Positions 1-13,165 of a stretch of DNA of 64,000 nt are shown one piece after another; the first letter of the stretch is position 1; the number at the start of each line of letters is the position of its first letter. The notes below the pieces were generated by a model. The model had not been told where the DNA came from. It saw only the letters and a list, made by a program, of their open reading frames with translations, and searched no databases. The position numbers and the translations under genes are program-made. The stretch comes from Octopus sinensis (taxonomy: Eukaryota): positions 96,658,001-96,722,000 of the forward strand of contig NC_042997.1 of the NCBI RefSeq assembly GCF_006345805.1, read 5' to 3'.

Positions 1-339
1 CATTTAACGCATCTCTATACACATGTGTGCGTACGTATGTGCACGCGTATGTATGCATGTATGTAAATATTTAAGTAAAACTTGAATGTATATGCATCTA
101 TGTGTGGATCTGTGTGCTTTGCAGTTGTGTGTGTCTTTATTTGTATTTTTGCTTGTGTTGCTGTATGCTTAAGTATTGAAGGTAGCCAAATATCAGACAC
201 AGGTAGATCATTCTTTATTACCAAACATTCAAAGCATGATCTATGTAATTATACAACATGTATACTTACATTCAGTGTACATACTATTTTGCAACAATGC
301 TTAGTATTAAAAAAAAATACACATCCTGTTTTTGTCTGA

Positions 340-900
340 ATCGAATCCATCCATTATTTCATAAATATTATTGATGTAATTTAACAAAGTCAATATTTCT
401 TTACAAGAGAATTAAGTTGTCTCTACCTGTCTTAAGTGGAATAGCAAGCGAAGCAAACATAAACCTTTCGTAGGCGTTTGAGACCGGTTGGTGTAAAATA
501 GAAAAAAAACTCCTCAGACTGAATCCTTTAAAATTAACCCGCTTTCGGGTGATAATATTTGTGAGATAATTATTTACAAGGATAGTCGGGGTTTTGTACA
601 AGATAGGATAATTATTTTCGTCAATATTCAGCATTCGAGTTGACATGTCAAGCATGATTTACATTTTGATGCGAAAGTTTCAGAGATAATTTCGAGTTTA
701 AATATCTGTTACTAATTTGCAAAATATGATTTTCCAATTTTATGCTTGCATAATTAGCCTTCCACTCAGTCATTACATTAATGCTACGTGAGACGCTAAT
801 GAGATTTCTAGAAGTTTTTGCGAATTTAATATCTCTTAAAGCCACCATGTCACTTTATATGACTTTCCCCGTTGCTTTCGTCAATAAGTAATATAAACTA
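340..900 (-). pseudogene. Possible decayed Penelope-like element N-terminal coding fragment
   Basis: ORF fragments 401-655 and 648-848 (...ILYKTPTI...RVNFKGFSLRSFF...) weakly resemble the FxPTP...xRKLRLKEFF region upstream of PLE RT. No catalytic motif is seen. Confidence 0.25.
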
Positions 901-1029
901 TGAACTACGTTATTAAAACAGGAATGTTTTGTATTATATATTTTATTTCCTAAGTATCTACCGATTAATTTAATATGAAAGATTTTCAATAATTTTGTTA
1001 ATGAAATAGCCTTTTTGAGACCGTAGGAA

Positions 1030-1032
<3 letters not shown>

Positions 1033-1098
<66 letters not shown>

Positions 1099-1503
1099 CA
1101 ACAACAACAACAATAACAACAATAATAACAATAATAACAATAATAACAATAATAATGATGATGATGATGATGACGTCGACGACGACGACGACGATGACGA
1201 TGACGACGATGACGACGATGACGATGACGATGATGACGATGGCAATGAGGATGATGATGGTGATGATGGTGATGATGATGATGGTGATGATGATGATGAT
1301 GATAATGGTGGTGGTGGTAGTGGTGGTGGTTGTGGTGGTGGTGGTGGTGATGATGATGATGATGGTAGTGGTGGTGGTGGTGGTGGTGGCGGTGGTGGTG
1401 GTGGTGGTGGTGGTGGTGGCGGCGGTGGTGGTGGTGGCGGTGGTGGTGGTGGTGGTGGTGGTGATGGTGATGATGATGATGATGATGATGATGTTGATGA
1501 TAA
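1033..1503. repeat. Compound trinucleotide microsatellite (AAT)(AAC)(GAT/GAC)(GGT/GGC)(GAT)
   Basis: Directly visible; source of the poly-Pro/Ser/Leu and poly-Met/Val ORFs. Confidence 0.97.
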
Positions 1504-1505
1504 GT

Positions 1506-2016
1506 TGCCCTGATGCAGTACCAGGCAGTGACCGCTCATGGCTTCTGATATTTACTGATTAGAAGTATTATCATGTACATTGTTTTGTCTTGGTATAAAA
1601 GATGCGCTACAGCAAATACTCTGCTCAATGCCGCAGATTTGCTTGTCAGTTGTTTGACCTTAACCAGTTCAGCATGTCCCTTAGTGGCTGACGATATGTG
1701 CATCTCTGATCACGAGCATCATAGCCATATGTTGAGTTGGATTCTTTGGGGTTTTAATAATTCACCACTGGAAACATAGGTGTTTCGTTCACCATTCTTA
1801 AACAACCCTTATTCAGGGACATTTTGAGCGGGATGTGGCTATTCGATCAGTAGAAAATTCTAACTTGGCCCCACCTGCAAGGTCATGTGCTGTTTATCTT
1901 GATATGAGATTACCATGTCACGCAAATATGGTTGTGATGCATGTGCCTAGTGTACTCTTATCAGACGTATATTTTATCCTAGTGTCACTTTGATGGCATG
2001 CACTGAACTCTCACTC
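1506..2016 (+). mobile_element. ~0.5-kb non-coding interspersed repeat embedded in (AAT)n, copy 1
   Basis: Collinear with 22986-23543, from TGCCCTGATGCAGTA to GCATGCACTG..CTCTCACTC. Both copies are flanked by triplet arrays. Confidence 0.85.
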
Positions 2017-2066
<50 letters not shown>

Positions 2067-2101
2067 TAATAATAATAATAACAATAATAATAATTATAAT
2101 A
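2017..2101. repeat. (AAT)n microsatellite
   Basis: Directly visible. Confidence 0.97.
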
Positions 2102-2139
2102 ATCAAGTCGTTGAATTTTTGAATTTCCCAACGACATGA

Positions 2140-2232
2140 ATATTAGTATATATGTGTGCGTGTATATATGTACGTATGTATATATATGCATGCATGTATG
2201 TATGCATGTATGTACGTATGAGTGTGCGTATA

Positions 2233-2312
<80 letters not shown>

Positions 2313-2345
2313 CGTGTTTGTGTATGTATGTATATATATATATGC
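2140..2345. repeat. (TA)n/(TG)n/(TATG)n microsatellite
   Basis: Directly visible. Confidence 0.95.
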
Positions 2346-2699
2346 AATATTATTGTTTTTTTCTACGAGTAATTACAAATAGAACAAGTTGAATTGCTTC
2401 TTCTAAAAGCAGCGCTCTCAGTGACCACTGTTAGTTGTAAACACATTTGACCTCTGCTGACCCAAAGGGTGCGAAGATTCTTTTGTCTCTATGGCTGATC
2501 TCCCCACCATCTGCTGAATCTATTTATACACCTGTAGAATATAATCTATTCACCAAACTGCTACCCAAATATCTCCTCCATCAATGGTAGTGGGGGTGAT
2601 GGTGATAATGATAAAAATAAAAGTAATAATAATATGCTGCAGCTGCTAATACTAAATACTATTAACACTACAATAATACTACAACTGTTACTATTATGA

Positions 2700-3680
2700 T
2701 ACGTTGCAGTGATACTGGCGTCTACAGTAGACGAAACCGAACAAGGTCCAGTAAGTGAAACAAATACTTTGAACTGGCGGGGATACGGAGTCGAAGTGTG
2801 GCTTGTCGCCACAACTGAAGACATCGAGAGGATCCCCTTCCAGATCGAGGTTGAGAATGAAATGACATAAACGTTGTAGTCGAGGGAAGGAGACCTAATT
2901 GCTATCTATGCGGAGCTCGAGGACACATAAGAACTGCGTATCCCTTATATGAATTCTCACAAAGCGAAGAGACAACGGAAAAGGAACAGAAGAAAGAGCA
3001 AAAGAAAGAACAGATGCAGGAGAAAGTACAAACAGGAGGACAAAGATTAGACAAGAACAGTACACAGAAAGAGAAAGACAACAAGAAAAGAGAAATGGAG
3101 AAATCAAAGGAGGTGAGCAAAGGAGCTACTAGTTCCAAAAGTAGAAAGATATCGAGGACGAGGGAAAGCTCAGAAGAAAAAAAAAGTTAACGATCCGTTA
3201 AAATTTGATGGAACACTTATAATATACAAAAGTACTTATGAAATAGAGAAAAAAAGATCGAAAATGAAGGGAGTAAAGATGGGAGCCAATTTTGATGAAG
3301 ATGAGATCTGTGTTTTGGTACATGCGGATAGTCACGTCAATTTCATCGAGATCATCAAAGAGAACATGATACTGGACAATAGGTGTCGGTTAATGGAATG
3401 CCCACCTCACATATTGGATTTTAAGGAACTGGAAAAAATACAGTATATTTGCAATTCATTTATGAAAAAGTGGAACAAAACTGTGGAAAATTTTTATGTC
3501 AATTTGTGTGAAATTCATTTGAAATTTTTGTGAAAATCATTTATGGAAAAAGAAAAAAACTGTCGAAATGTAACCACTCGAATTCGGGTGTCAAGTGGAC
3601 ATTGCGCTTTATTATTATATCTTTTCATATCTCATTTGTTTTCTTTAATTTTTTGTATTAATTCATCCTCTTTTGTATTT
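2700..3680 (+). mobile_element. 5'-truncated Tx1/L1-clade ORF1 (gag-like) fragment, with no ORF2 following
   Basis: Reads ..TLNWRGYGVEVWLVATTEDIERIPFQIEV..RRPN-CYLCGARGHIRTAY (degenerate CCHC at 2900-2941), then a charged linker, then the 3264-3533 ORF with MECPPHI resembling HEWPPQI in the 57743-58183 ORF. Confidence 0.65.
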
Positions 3681-3844
3681 TAAGTTCCCCGATTATGCTG
3701 TCCTATCAATGTATAGTCCCATGTGAATAATACAAAATCGACTATTATGATAGCACAGGAATCTGAGGCCCAACTTCCCCCACCCCTACTACTGTTGCTG
3801 CGACCACTACTGCTATAACACATAAAAACAATAATATCAGTGAT

Positions 3845-3894
3845 ATCAGTGATGATGATGATGATAATAATAATAATAATAATAATAAAATAAC

Positions 3895-3991
<97 letters not shown>
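3845..3991. repeat. (GAT)n-(AAT)n microsatellite
   Basis: Directly visible; abuts the 5' end of the R4/Dong-like LINE. Confidence 0.97.
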
Positions 3992-3992
<1 letters not shown>

Positions 3993-6410
3993 AAGAAACA
4001 GTGGAGCCTCATGCACTGGTGAATGGAGTCACAATAAAAACACTGGTTATTGCGCAACCTGTTAATCGCTACCTCATTTGGTGACAATGAAAAAACTAAT
4101 TATTGTAATGAAACAGAAGCCTATGATGGTGACAATGTTACACCCGGCAGGCTCAGAGATTCTGGTCCGGCTGTAGCCTGTCGATATCCACAAAGGGATC
4201 ACCACACACGGTGTATATGGAGCAAGCAAACTAATGCTGTGGTTATGGAGTGTTACTATCTGAGCAGCCCAGTAGATTAAAATGATGCTCAAATTAGAGG
4301 TATGATCATTGGAGAGAAAATAGATTGTTTCAACTCACGGAACAGAGACTGTGATCAAGCTAGGGGAATAAGAAAAATTGTTGGTTCACTGAAGTAGAGC
4401 TTGAAGCTATCAAAAGACGGATCGTGGAAAATAGCAGCAGAAATAACAATGACGATGCAGTTCTTACTAATAAGAGCAATCTCATAGCACAGGAAAGGAG
4501 CAGCGGTAGTTTACTTGATGAGAGACATATAGATAATCTAAAAGAGACAATAAAGCTAATGGTGTCATGGCAGATGAATAGAAGGCAATCTACAACAGAA
4601 TAAAGGTGAGAATACAGGAGAACGATAGTGACATTATTTGCAACCTTACAAAGGTCGATCGAGAGAAATTGAACCAAGAAATGAAAAATGTCAATGAAAT
4701 TCTGAAATACATCAGAACAAACATCACAGAAACAAAATTTTGATCAAGGAAGCAAGCACTGTTGTAGCAGAAAACGAGGGTATTGATGTCAAGTAAAAGA
4801 AATATAATGGGAGTGACAAAAGAAAAGATCAATGGTGGAAAAGAAGAATCAAGGCAAGGTTAGACATGCTCTCGAAGGAAATCTCTGTGTTACACCGAAA
4901 AGAGAAAGAGAAGCTTAAATGCCAACAATAAATAAAGGGCGCTAAAAAAGTATAATATAGAAAGAAAGGGCCTCAAAGCAAAGATGGTAAGATACAACCG
5001 AAGAATGAAGGGTTGCGACCAGAATAGGTTATTCAGAGTAGAATGGAAGATATTCTATAAAGAAGTAAATGGACAGTATACAGATGAAAAGTTGATACCA
5101 GATAACAATGAAAGTCAAAGGTTTTGGAGTGACATTTGGAGCAAAGACAAGGAGCACAAGAAGGATGCTGAATGGTCGCAAGAACTGAAACAAACAGTAG
5201 TCTGTCCAAAACAAGCAGAGCTAGTCATTTCGGTTAGGGAAGTGAAGGAAATCAGCTAAACAATTAGCAACTGGAAGGCCCGGGACCAGATGGATTTCAA
5301 GGCTACTGGATCAAAAGATTTGGTGAATGTCATACACGGATAGATGCGCAACTCAACAGCTTGTTAAATGCCGACCAAGTAATACCAGAGTGGTTGACAT
5401 TGGGTAGGACAGTGTTGTGCTTGAAAAACATCGAAAAAGGCAGTACGGTAGACAATTACATGCCTATATCCTGTTTGCCGCTTATGTGGAAGTTATTGAC
5501 TGGAATACTCGCAGGGGTCAATATACGAACATCTGGAAAAAATGGAGTCCTGATACATGAGCAAAAGGGTTGCAAGCGTAAGTGCAGAGGTACTAAGGAT
5601 CAACTCCTGATAGACAAAACTGTACTTAGAGACTGCAAGAGGAGGAAAAGTAACTTATCCATATCATGTATCGATTATCGTAAGGCGTACGATATGATCC
5701 CACATTCTTGGATTATGGAGTGTATGAACTTGAATGTTGAGCGATTGCTTGGAAAAAGTATGGCAAATTGGAGGACGGACTTGACAGCACACGGAAGAAG
5801 TTTAAGGAGAGTAGAAATTGGGAGAGGCATCTTCCAAGAGTACTACCTCTCCCCACTGATCTTTGTACTGTGCTTTATACCAGTAACACTGATTCTGAGG
5901 AAAGCAAAATCTGGGTATGTATTCAAAAGCCTCCAACCAAAAGTCAACAATTTGTTATTCATGGATGACCACAAACTTTATGGTAAAGATGAAGCCCAAG
6001 TCAGTTCCCTCGTTGATACGGTGTATACCTTCAGTGCTGATATCAGAATGGAGTTTGGACTGAGAAAGTGTAGTGTTAGTCTTGAAGAGAGACAGAATCA
6101 AATGTATGGACAGAATCAAATGTATGTTCTTTCGTTCATAACTATTTGTGAGTCTCCGATAAAAAACAACATGTATGAAGCTTGAGGTAAAGTGAAGTAC
6201 AGAAGGAAGAGCAACGAAAAAGGAACACAGAAAGACGGCGTCAGCTCTGTTTAGCGCAATCCCAGGAGCGAAGAAAGCAAATTTTAGAACAAGATACTGC
6301 TCAGCACAGAAATATGAGACAATAACTGTCACAAGAACAACGTGAACAGATTTTAGAATGAAATGCAGCACAACACAGAAGATGTCAGCAAATAAATAAC
6401 AGGTTCTCTT
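3992..6410 (+). mobile_element. R4/Dong-clade non-LTR retrotransposon, decayed and 3'-truncated (RT pseudogene)
   Basis: ORF 5361-6185 contains PISCLPLMWKLLTGI, EQKGC..GTKDQLLID, DYRKAYDMIPHSWI, RGIFQ..LSP and LLFMDD. The N-terminal VMECYYLS..CDQARGIRK is typical of this clade. The element starts directly after (AAT)n. Confidence 0.88.
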
Positions 6411-6419
6411 ATTATAGAT

Positions 6420-9400
6420 CGACAATATGATATAGATGGACTTCTACAGGTGCACGTTGACGTTGCTCGCCAAAGTTGCGGCCTCCGGGAAGTGCGATGC
6501 CACCCCTGCATGCTTTGATATTTATTGGAGAGCGTACAGGAGGAACAATGAACGATCCCATTTTTGGTATATGCAGTAAATCAGGATTGATGAAAATTGA
6601 AAATATCCCTGAGTTACCGAACGAACTTGCTGATCTCTTTTTTTCTAATACTCCCGAAGCAAAATATTTCAAATGTAATATTCGAAGGTTCATCAGCGCA
6701 ATAACTATGTTTTCTATGAAAGTAGATGGAACTTTAATAATGAGAGGAATTACAATTATATACTACATGGAATTCTTTATAGATTTATTGGAGCTCCTAG
6801 AAACCAAATAGGAACAGGCTTGTCTAGCTTACGAACGTATTTCTATGATCACGAAGAACAAACAAGAAGATGAATGGAAAGAATGCCTTTTCACAATGAA
6901 AACCAAGCCTTCGATGTAAACATATTTCGAAAAATTCATTCTGCTGTGATATCTACTGGAAATAATTACTTACAATCTTTTCTATCCGTGCAGGAGCAAA
7001 TTGACGCTGGAAATATTCCTACTGATGTGACAGTTGGCTTAAATGCTGATAAAAAACCTCACGAAGAACAATCTAGGAGCTATATACTACCAACTTCCAA
7101 AGAGCTTGCTATTTTTATACCAAACAATCTTGATGAGGAAATGAATTGTTCAGAACGAGTGGTTGTAACAAAGTTCAGAGCGGATAATAACCAAAAATCT
7201 TCATAAATATTAAGTGATTCGCATCGATCATACGACCCAATGATGTACCCGTATTTCCTTTCTTCTGGCCTAGATGGGTGGGACCTTGGATTAATGAATG
7301 AAAATGGCAACCGTCAAATTTCAATAGATCAATTTTATTGTTATCGCATCATGAAAAGAACAGGATCTACAAATCTATTGCAAGTAGGTCAGCGTTTGTT
7401 TCAGCTATACTCTGTAAGATCAATTTTCCAAAGTATAATCCACCCGTCTACGATATGTTCGTAACAATCAAGCAACCTTAAGAACTGATTTATGTAATGA
7501 CTTACAAGATGCTATACTTGCAGGCGATTCTGATCGTACATGTCGTAGATATATATTACCAAGTTCATTTACAGGCAGTCCGCGATATATGGCACAACAC
7601 AACCAGGATGCAATGACTATAATGAGAAAGTTTGACAAACCTACTTTATTTTTTACTTTTACATGCAACCCAAAACGACATGAAATAATTAACGAGATTT
7701 CTGTGTGCCAGACGGCGGTTGACCGACCAGATATCACTGCAAGAGTATTTAAATTAAAGAAACAGCAACTATTGCACGATATCGAATCAGGAGTCCTTGG
7801 CAAACTTATTGCTCATGTGAACACAGTGGAATTTCAAAAAAGAGGATTACCTCATTGCCATTTCTTATTCATAATACACAATCATCACTCTGTCGAGGCC
7901 GGCTTTTTCTCTCGTCCTTTCTGGGTCGATAAATTAAGTACCAGTTGCGTACTGGAGTCAATCTAATTGACTGGCCCCGCTACCCAAAAATTTCGGGCCT
8001 GTGCCTAGAGTAGAAACAAAAGAATACAAAATCATCACAACACATGCCAAGAAATTCATAAAATTGTCACAGCTGAACTTCCTAATCCCGAAAACCGATT
8101 AACGTCACATCTGTATTCCTTGGGGAAGAAACATGATACATGGACCCTGTAGAAAAGATAAATTAAATTATCCTTGCATGGTGAATGATGTTTGCAGTAA
8201 AAGATATACAAAATATTACAGATAACAAACTTTAATTGGAAATGATTTTTATCTGCAATATCGTCGCTGAAGCCCTCGAGATGGTGGCTTCCCAGTTTCC
8301 ATACTTATTGGAAATAGGGAAATTGTTCTTGATAACCGTTATGCAGTTCCTTATAAAGCTTGGTTGTTGCAGAAGTACGAAGCGCATATTAATCTTGAAT
8401 GGTATGCATCTATTAAGACTTTGAAATATATTTACAAATACATTTTCAAAGGTGCTGACCATGCAACAGTTTCTTTACACAGACAAGAAAATGGCGTGCG
8501 TCTTAATGTTGGCAATGAAAATCGAATGGATGAAATTTCTAATTACGAAAATTGCCACGATATTGGAGCGACAGAAGGCTTGCTGGAGATTATTTGAGCT
8601 TCCGATTCAGCAAAGGCAACCTGCTGTTGAATGCTTGCCGATACACTTGCCATATCAACAAATGATTGTGTTTAATCCGAATCATGCACAAGAAGCTTTA
8701 GCAAAAAATAGATCGACCAAATTGACAGCCTATTTCAAGATGAATGAAGAAGATCCCTTAGCAAAAGATATCCTCTATTGTGACTTTCCACAGCATTATA
8801 CTTGATGTAACAATGATAACCGTTGGAGGAGAAGAGTTTGACAAAATGACAATATTCCAGAAGGTATTGGTAGAGTGTACGCAGTACATCCATCGCAAGG
8901 GGAGCTATTTTATCTTAGACTATTACTTCAATATAAAGCGAGAGCGACAAGCTTTGTAAATCTAATCACAATTAATAGTGTTTTTTGCGAAAATTTTAAG
9001 CACGCATGTCAAGTGATGAATCTTTTAGAAAATGATCAACAATGGGAACTTTGTTTAAATGAGCCAAGAGCAATATGTTCAGCGAGCGAATGACTTGCAA
9101 AATTTGTTTGTCAGTATTCTTCAGCTTTGCTCTCCCTCCAGACCACTAGAATTATACATGTTTCGCAATGATCTTTGCCAGGATTACTTCCATCAAATGA
9201 AACAACACAATTTTTCTCATGAAGCAGCTTTGCATATTGCCCTGAATGTCATGATGTGTGAATTGGATCATTGCATAGGTCAACATGACTGTAGTACAGT
9301 ATTTTTGGGATTGCCTGCTGTTATTGATGATCTGCGAATGTATATTGTTCTACTTCATAAATTTAGATGGATCCAAATGCGGAAGAAATTTTCAAAGCTA

Positions 9401-10050
9401 ACATCCATATGTTAAATAATGACCAGAGAATCATTTTTGAAAATATTCAACAGAAAATTGATTGAAATAAAAGTGGTTTGATATTTATTGATGCTCCCGG
9501 AGGTACTGGAAAAACTTTTCTTCTTAATATATTACTGTCTTATGTGAGCAAAACAACCAACTAGTTATTGCCACAGTGTCATCAGGCATTGGTGTGACAC
9601 TACTGAAGTTACGTCTCGCCGCTCACTATCGATTCAAGCTCACCATAACGGTAAACTGTATCTCCTCTTGGTGTCACTGGCCATTTGCTTCATGATGCAC
9701 ACTTGATTATTTGGGGCGATGCATCCATTTGTCATCGTTATCTATTTGAAGCGCTGAATCGAACACTAAAGGATGTAATGAACAGTGGTTCGAAGAGCAC
9801 GAAGGTCTTCTCTAACTGGGGCATGCTTGAAATTTGGTACGAATGCGAAGTACTTCATCTCACCACTAATATGAACGTGCAAAACTGTCTCAGCTATAAT
9901 GATACCTCATCTCAAGCACACTTTCGATTACCCTCATTATTCTGCAACACTCTCATACCGATTTGCCCTTTACTTTGAAAAGACGCCAATTTCCATAATG
10001 AAAAGATAAGAAGACTTACGCGTAATGTTGTCTACACGGAAATAGTGTAA
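6420..10050 (+). mobile_element. Autonomous-type Helitron RepHel pseudogene (Rep plus Pif1-like helicase), frameshifted and internally deleted
   Basis: Rep motifs FFTFTCNP, EFQKRGLPHCH, IHGPC and KYIYKYIFKG; helicase IDAPGGTGKTFL (Walker A), LIIWGDA (degenerate Walker B) and LTTNMNVQ; C-terminus RNVVYTEIV* ends at 10050. Confidence 0.93.
7889..8022 (+). mobile_element. 5'-truncated tRNA-derived SINE (OK-like) inserted in the Helitron Rep region
   Basis: Matches the SINE body GTCGATAAATTAAGTACCAGTT. Flanked by a 16-bp TSD, AATACACAATCATCAC (7873-7888) / AATACAAAATCATCAC (8023-8038). Confidence 0.9.
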
Positions 10051-10267
10051 ATATTGGTATATTGCCTATGTGAAAAGTACAGATTTGCTTAATACTTTCT
10101 TTGCTATTTTATTACTGATTTTTTAAAAGTATTTGCATAAATAAGAATATGTAAATATATTATCAAATTATATATTTTGTGTATTTCTCAAACAATTGAT
10201 GGATTAAATTGAAATGTTATGGCAAACATAGCATTGTTTTTTCCTTATTGACGAGTCATGTACAAGT

Positions 10268-10287
10268 AATAATAAGGATGATGATGA

Positions 10288-10353
<66 letters not shown>

Positions 10354-10427
10354 TAATAATAATAATAACAATAATAATAATAATAATAACAACAACAACA
10401 ACAACAATAGTAATAATAATAATAACG

Positions 10428-10463
<36 letters not shown>

Positions 10464-10480
10464 GTAATAAATAATCTTGA
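10268..10480. repeat. (GAT)/(AAT)/(AAC) microsatellite
   Basis: Directly visible. Confidence 0.96.
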
Positions 10481-10679
10481 TGATGATTTCATTTATTTGT
10501 TACAAGGACGAAGAATGAGGGGGGCAACACAAAGGCTGACATAAAATGTGGAGGTGTTACTTATAATGAAATTAGTTTTAAAAAATAAATAGTGTAAGTA
10601 TATACGGGATACACTAAAAAAGAAGTGGCATATACATAGTATATAAAAGTTTAAAAAGTGGCACGTTGATAGAGACGTA

Positions 10680-12245
10680 ACCCTCCTGATACCAGAGTAC
10701 CTCTAGGATTTATCCAGTAACCCCACTGTCTGAGAGTTCCCTGAACACCAGCAGCAAGTACTCTCTCCATTTCCTTCTCTCCGACTTACAGGTCTACACT
10801 CAGAGAGGTACCAACTACTCTTGTCATTTTCGCAAATTCCCCCCACCTTTCAGTAAACTCACTCGAGGACTGCACTTCCTTCTCCATTCACAATTTCCCT
10901 TTAAAGTTCTCCTCATTATTTTTTCTTGTTGGAATTGTCTAGAATATTGCTGTCATGTTTCAGTTTATGATTGTAAAGGGCGTTGCAATACTCAGATCAT
11001 TTGATGACACCATTGTCATCTTTGAAGAGCAGACCTGTTTTATCCTCAATGATATTAGTGGCATATGTTTTGTTTTCGTTAGGAATTTAGAGATTCCATA
11101 TGCAATCTTCTTCTTGTCCTGCCTTATCCCAGCTTCGATTATTTAGCACAGGTCTGCTACCCATTCCTCTTTGGCTTCCCTCATTTTCTCCCCAACATTC
11201 CAATTCACAGCATTTTATTTCCAATTTCCCTCCTGATTTGCTAGTTTGGTTTCCATAGAGTCCATGTTAAATCCATATGTCATCAATGAACCATGGTTCC
11301 TTTTTCCCCCCTTTATCTCCCTTCAAGATTCATTTCCGAAAGTGCTTTCCTGTTATTGTTGGTCGTAAAATTTATATCATCTGCTGGACCTTTAAGGACT
11401 GCAAATCTATCACCTACTTTCGACTCAATCTTCGATGCATCCCTAGGATTTTTCTGTTTTTCTACATCAAACCTAATACTCATTTCTGGAGGGTTCTATT
11501 CAGTTTCAGCCTCATTGTCATCATGAGCAAATCATGATCACTATTGGCATCCACACCAGGGAATGTCATAGTCCTAACCGTGCTGATGTTGGACTTGAAG
11601 TTTTGAGGTGCGAGGATAAAGTCGATTTAGTTTATGACTGGGATTATGTCATGTTTTTCTGCGCCAGGAATTGTGTGGGGATATCGTGTTGGCTGGTGTC
11701 AGCGTGTGCTTGCTAGCGAAATCTAGGACTTGCAGTACATGATCGTTAGTTTCTCTGATCCCGAAAAGTCCTACTGTCACAGCACATTGCTTACATATAT
11801 TTGTGTCTACCTTGGCTCTCCAGTCTCCTGGTGTTCCAGTCTCCCTGAACGATGAGAACAACTTGTTTAGGAGTTACCTTGATGATTTTTTTCCATGTCC
11901 AACTAGACCTCCTCAACGGTATCTTCATCATATTCAAGAGTTTCCGCATAGACCTGTATTATACTAATATTCTATTGTCCTGCAGCTACATGTATTTTGA
12001 TAAGTCTTCTGAATTATGCTATGCAGCTGATGACTGAACTTACACGGGCTTTGTTGAAAATGAAACCCACTCCATGTTCATGATTGGGGTCATCATCGCT
12101 GTATTATAGTTTGTGACATTCATCTGTTGTGTCGCCAAACCTTGACTTCGGTCAGCCTAAGATATTTCAGGTGTACTTGTTAATTTCGTGAGTCAGTTCC
12201 TCCATCCTTCTGAAAGCTTACAGAGTACAAAAACTGTACTCCTCC
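10680..12245 (-). mobile_element. RTE-clade LINE, 5' part (APE endonuclease and linker), decayed
   Basis: The minus strand gives EELTHEINKY, HGVGFIFNK, NISIIQVYA, GDWRAKV (ORF 11649-11861), GLFGIRETND and ANT..PH..RRKTW. Confidence 0.85.
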
Positions 12246-12979
12246 GTGCTCTGTATGTAAATATATATATAAATAGTGTGTGTGTATGTATGTATGTATG
12301 TATGTATGAGTGTGTGTGGGTGTTTGTGTGTGTGTTAATGTTCGTTTTTTATGTTTAGTTACAATAAAAATTTTACATTAATCTAAAAGTTATTCAATAC
12401 TTTTGTAGAATTTGTTCTTAAACAAAAATACTATTCACAGTGTCTTCAAAGTCTCGGATTGCTAAGCCATCACCGAACGATGATATATATGTAGTGTACA
12501 AACATTTATGAATAATCCTTAGGTTAATGTGAAATTGTTTTTATAACTGTAAAAACAAACTCTTTTCCTTGATATGGTAACAATACTATAAAATATTTTA
12601 TTTTTTTATTTTTTGAGAAATTTCTACATAAATAGCAAGTAAGATCTACTAGGTAGATCAAAATTATCGAAGGATTTTCTACCTATTTTCTCAGGTGTTG
12701 ATATAGTTCTGAAATCTTGAATTGATATATTTGGTTCACCTTCCCACAAAATACTTCGTAATTAACTTTAATCGTATAATATAGACACTTATAAATATCA
12801 CTTAATGTGTATAGTCCTGATTCTTTGTTGTGGATCATTTTGAGAACGAAATGTAGCATCCTTGGCTTTCTGCAGGGATTCTCTTATTGCTGTGGAAGGA
12901 GAGAAAGGCAACATGAATAATAGATTCCTACAGTGGCCTAAAGTGTATCGACAGATCTAGTTTTCTGAAATGAGAGAGA

Positions 12980-13165
12980 AGGAGTAGAAGAGGACGAAGA
13001 AAAGAAGAAGAAGAAGAAGAAGAAGAAGAAGAAGAAGAAGATGAAGGAGGAGGAGGAGGAGAGGGGTTGAGGAGGAGAAGAAGGAGTAGGAGGAGGAAAA
13101 GAAGAAGAAGAAGAAGGAGGAGGAGGAGGAGAAGAAGAAAAATAACAACAACAACAGCAACAACA
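12980..13165. repeat. (GAA)n/(GGA)n polypurine tract followed by (AAC)n
   Basis: Directly visible. Confidence 0.93.

Noticed and set aside
1506-1560. CTGATGC hairpin at the start of the AAT-embedded element as a ribozyme
   Set aside because: The core is not CUGANGA, and I could not build an HDV-like double pseudoknot by eye.
10200-10270. Possible Helitron 3' hairpin and CTRR end
   Set aside because: Only weak hairpins and CAAG rather than CTAG; the terminus is left unassigned.
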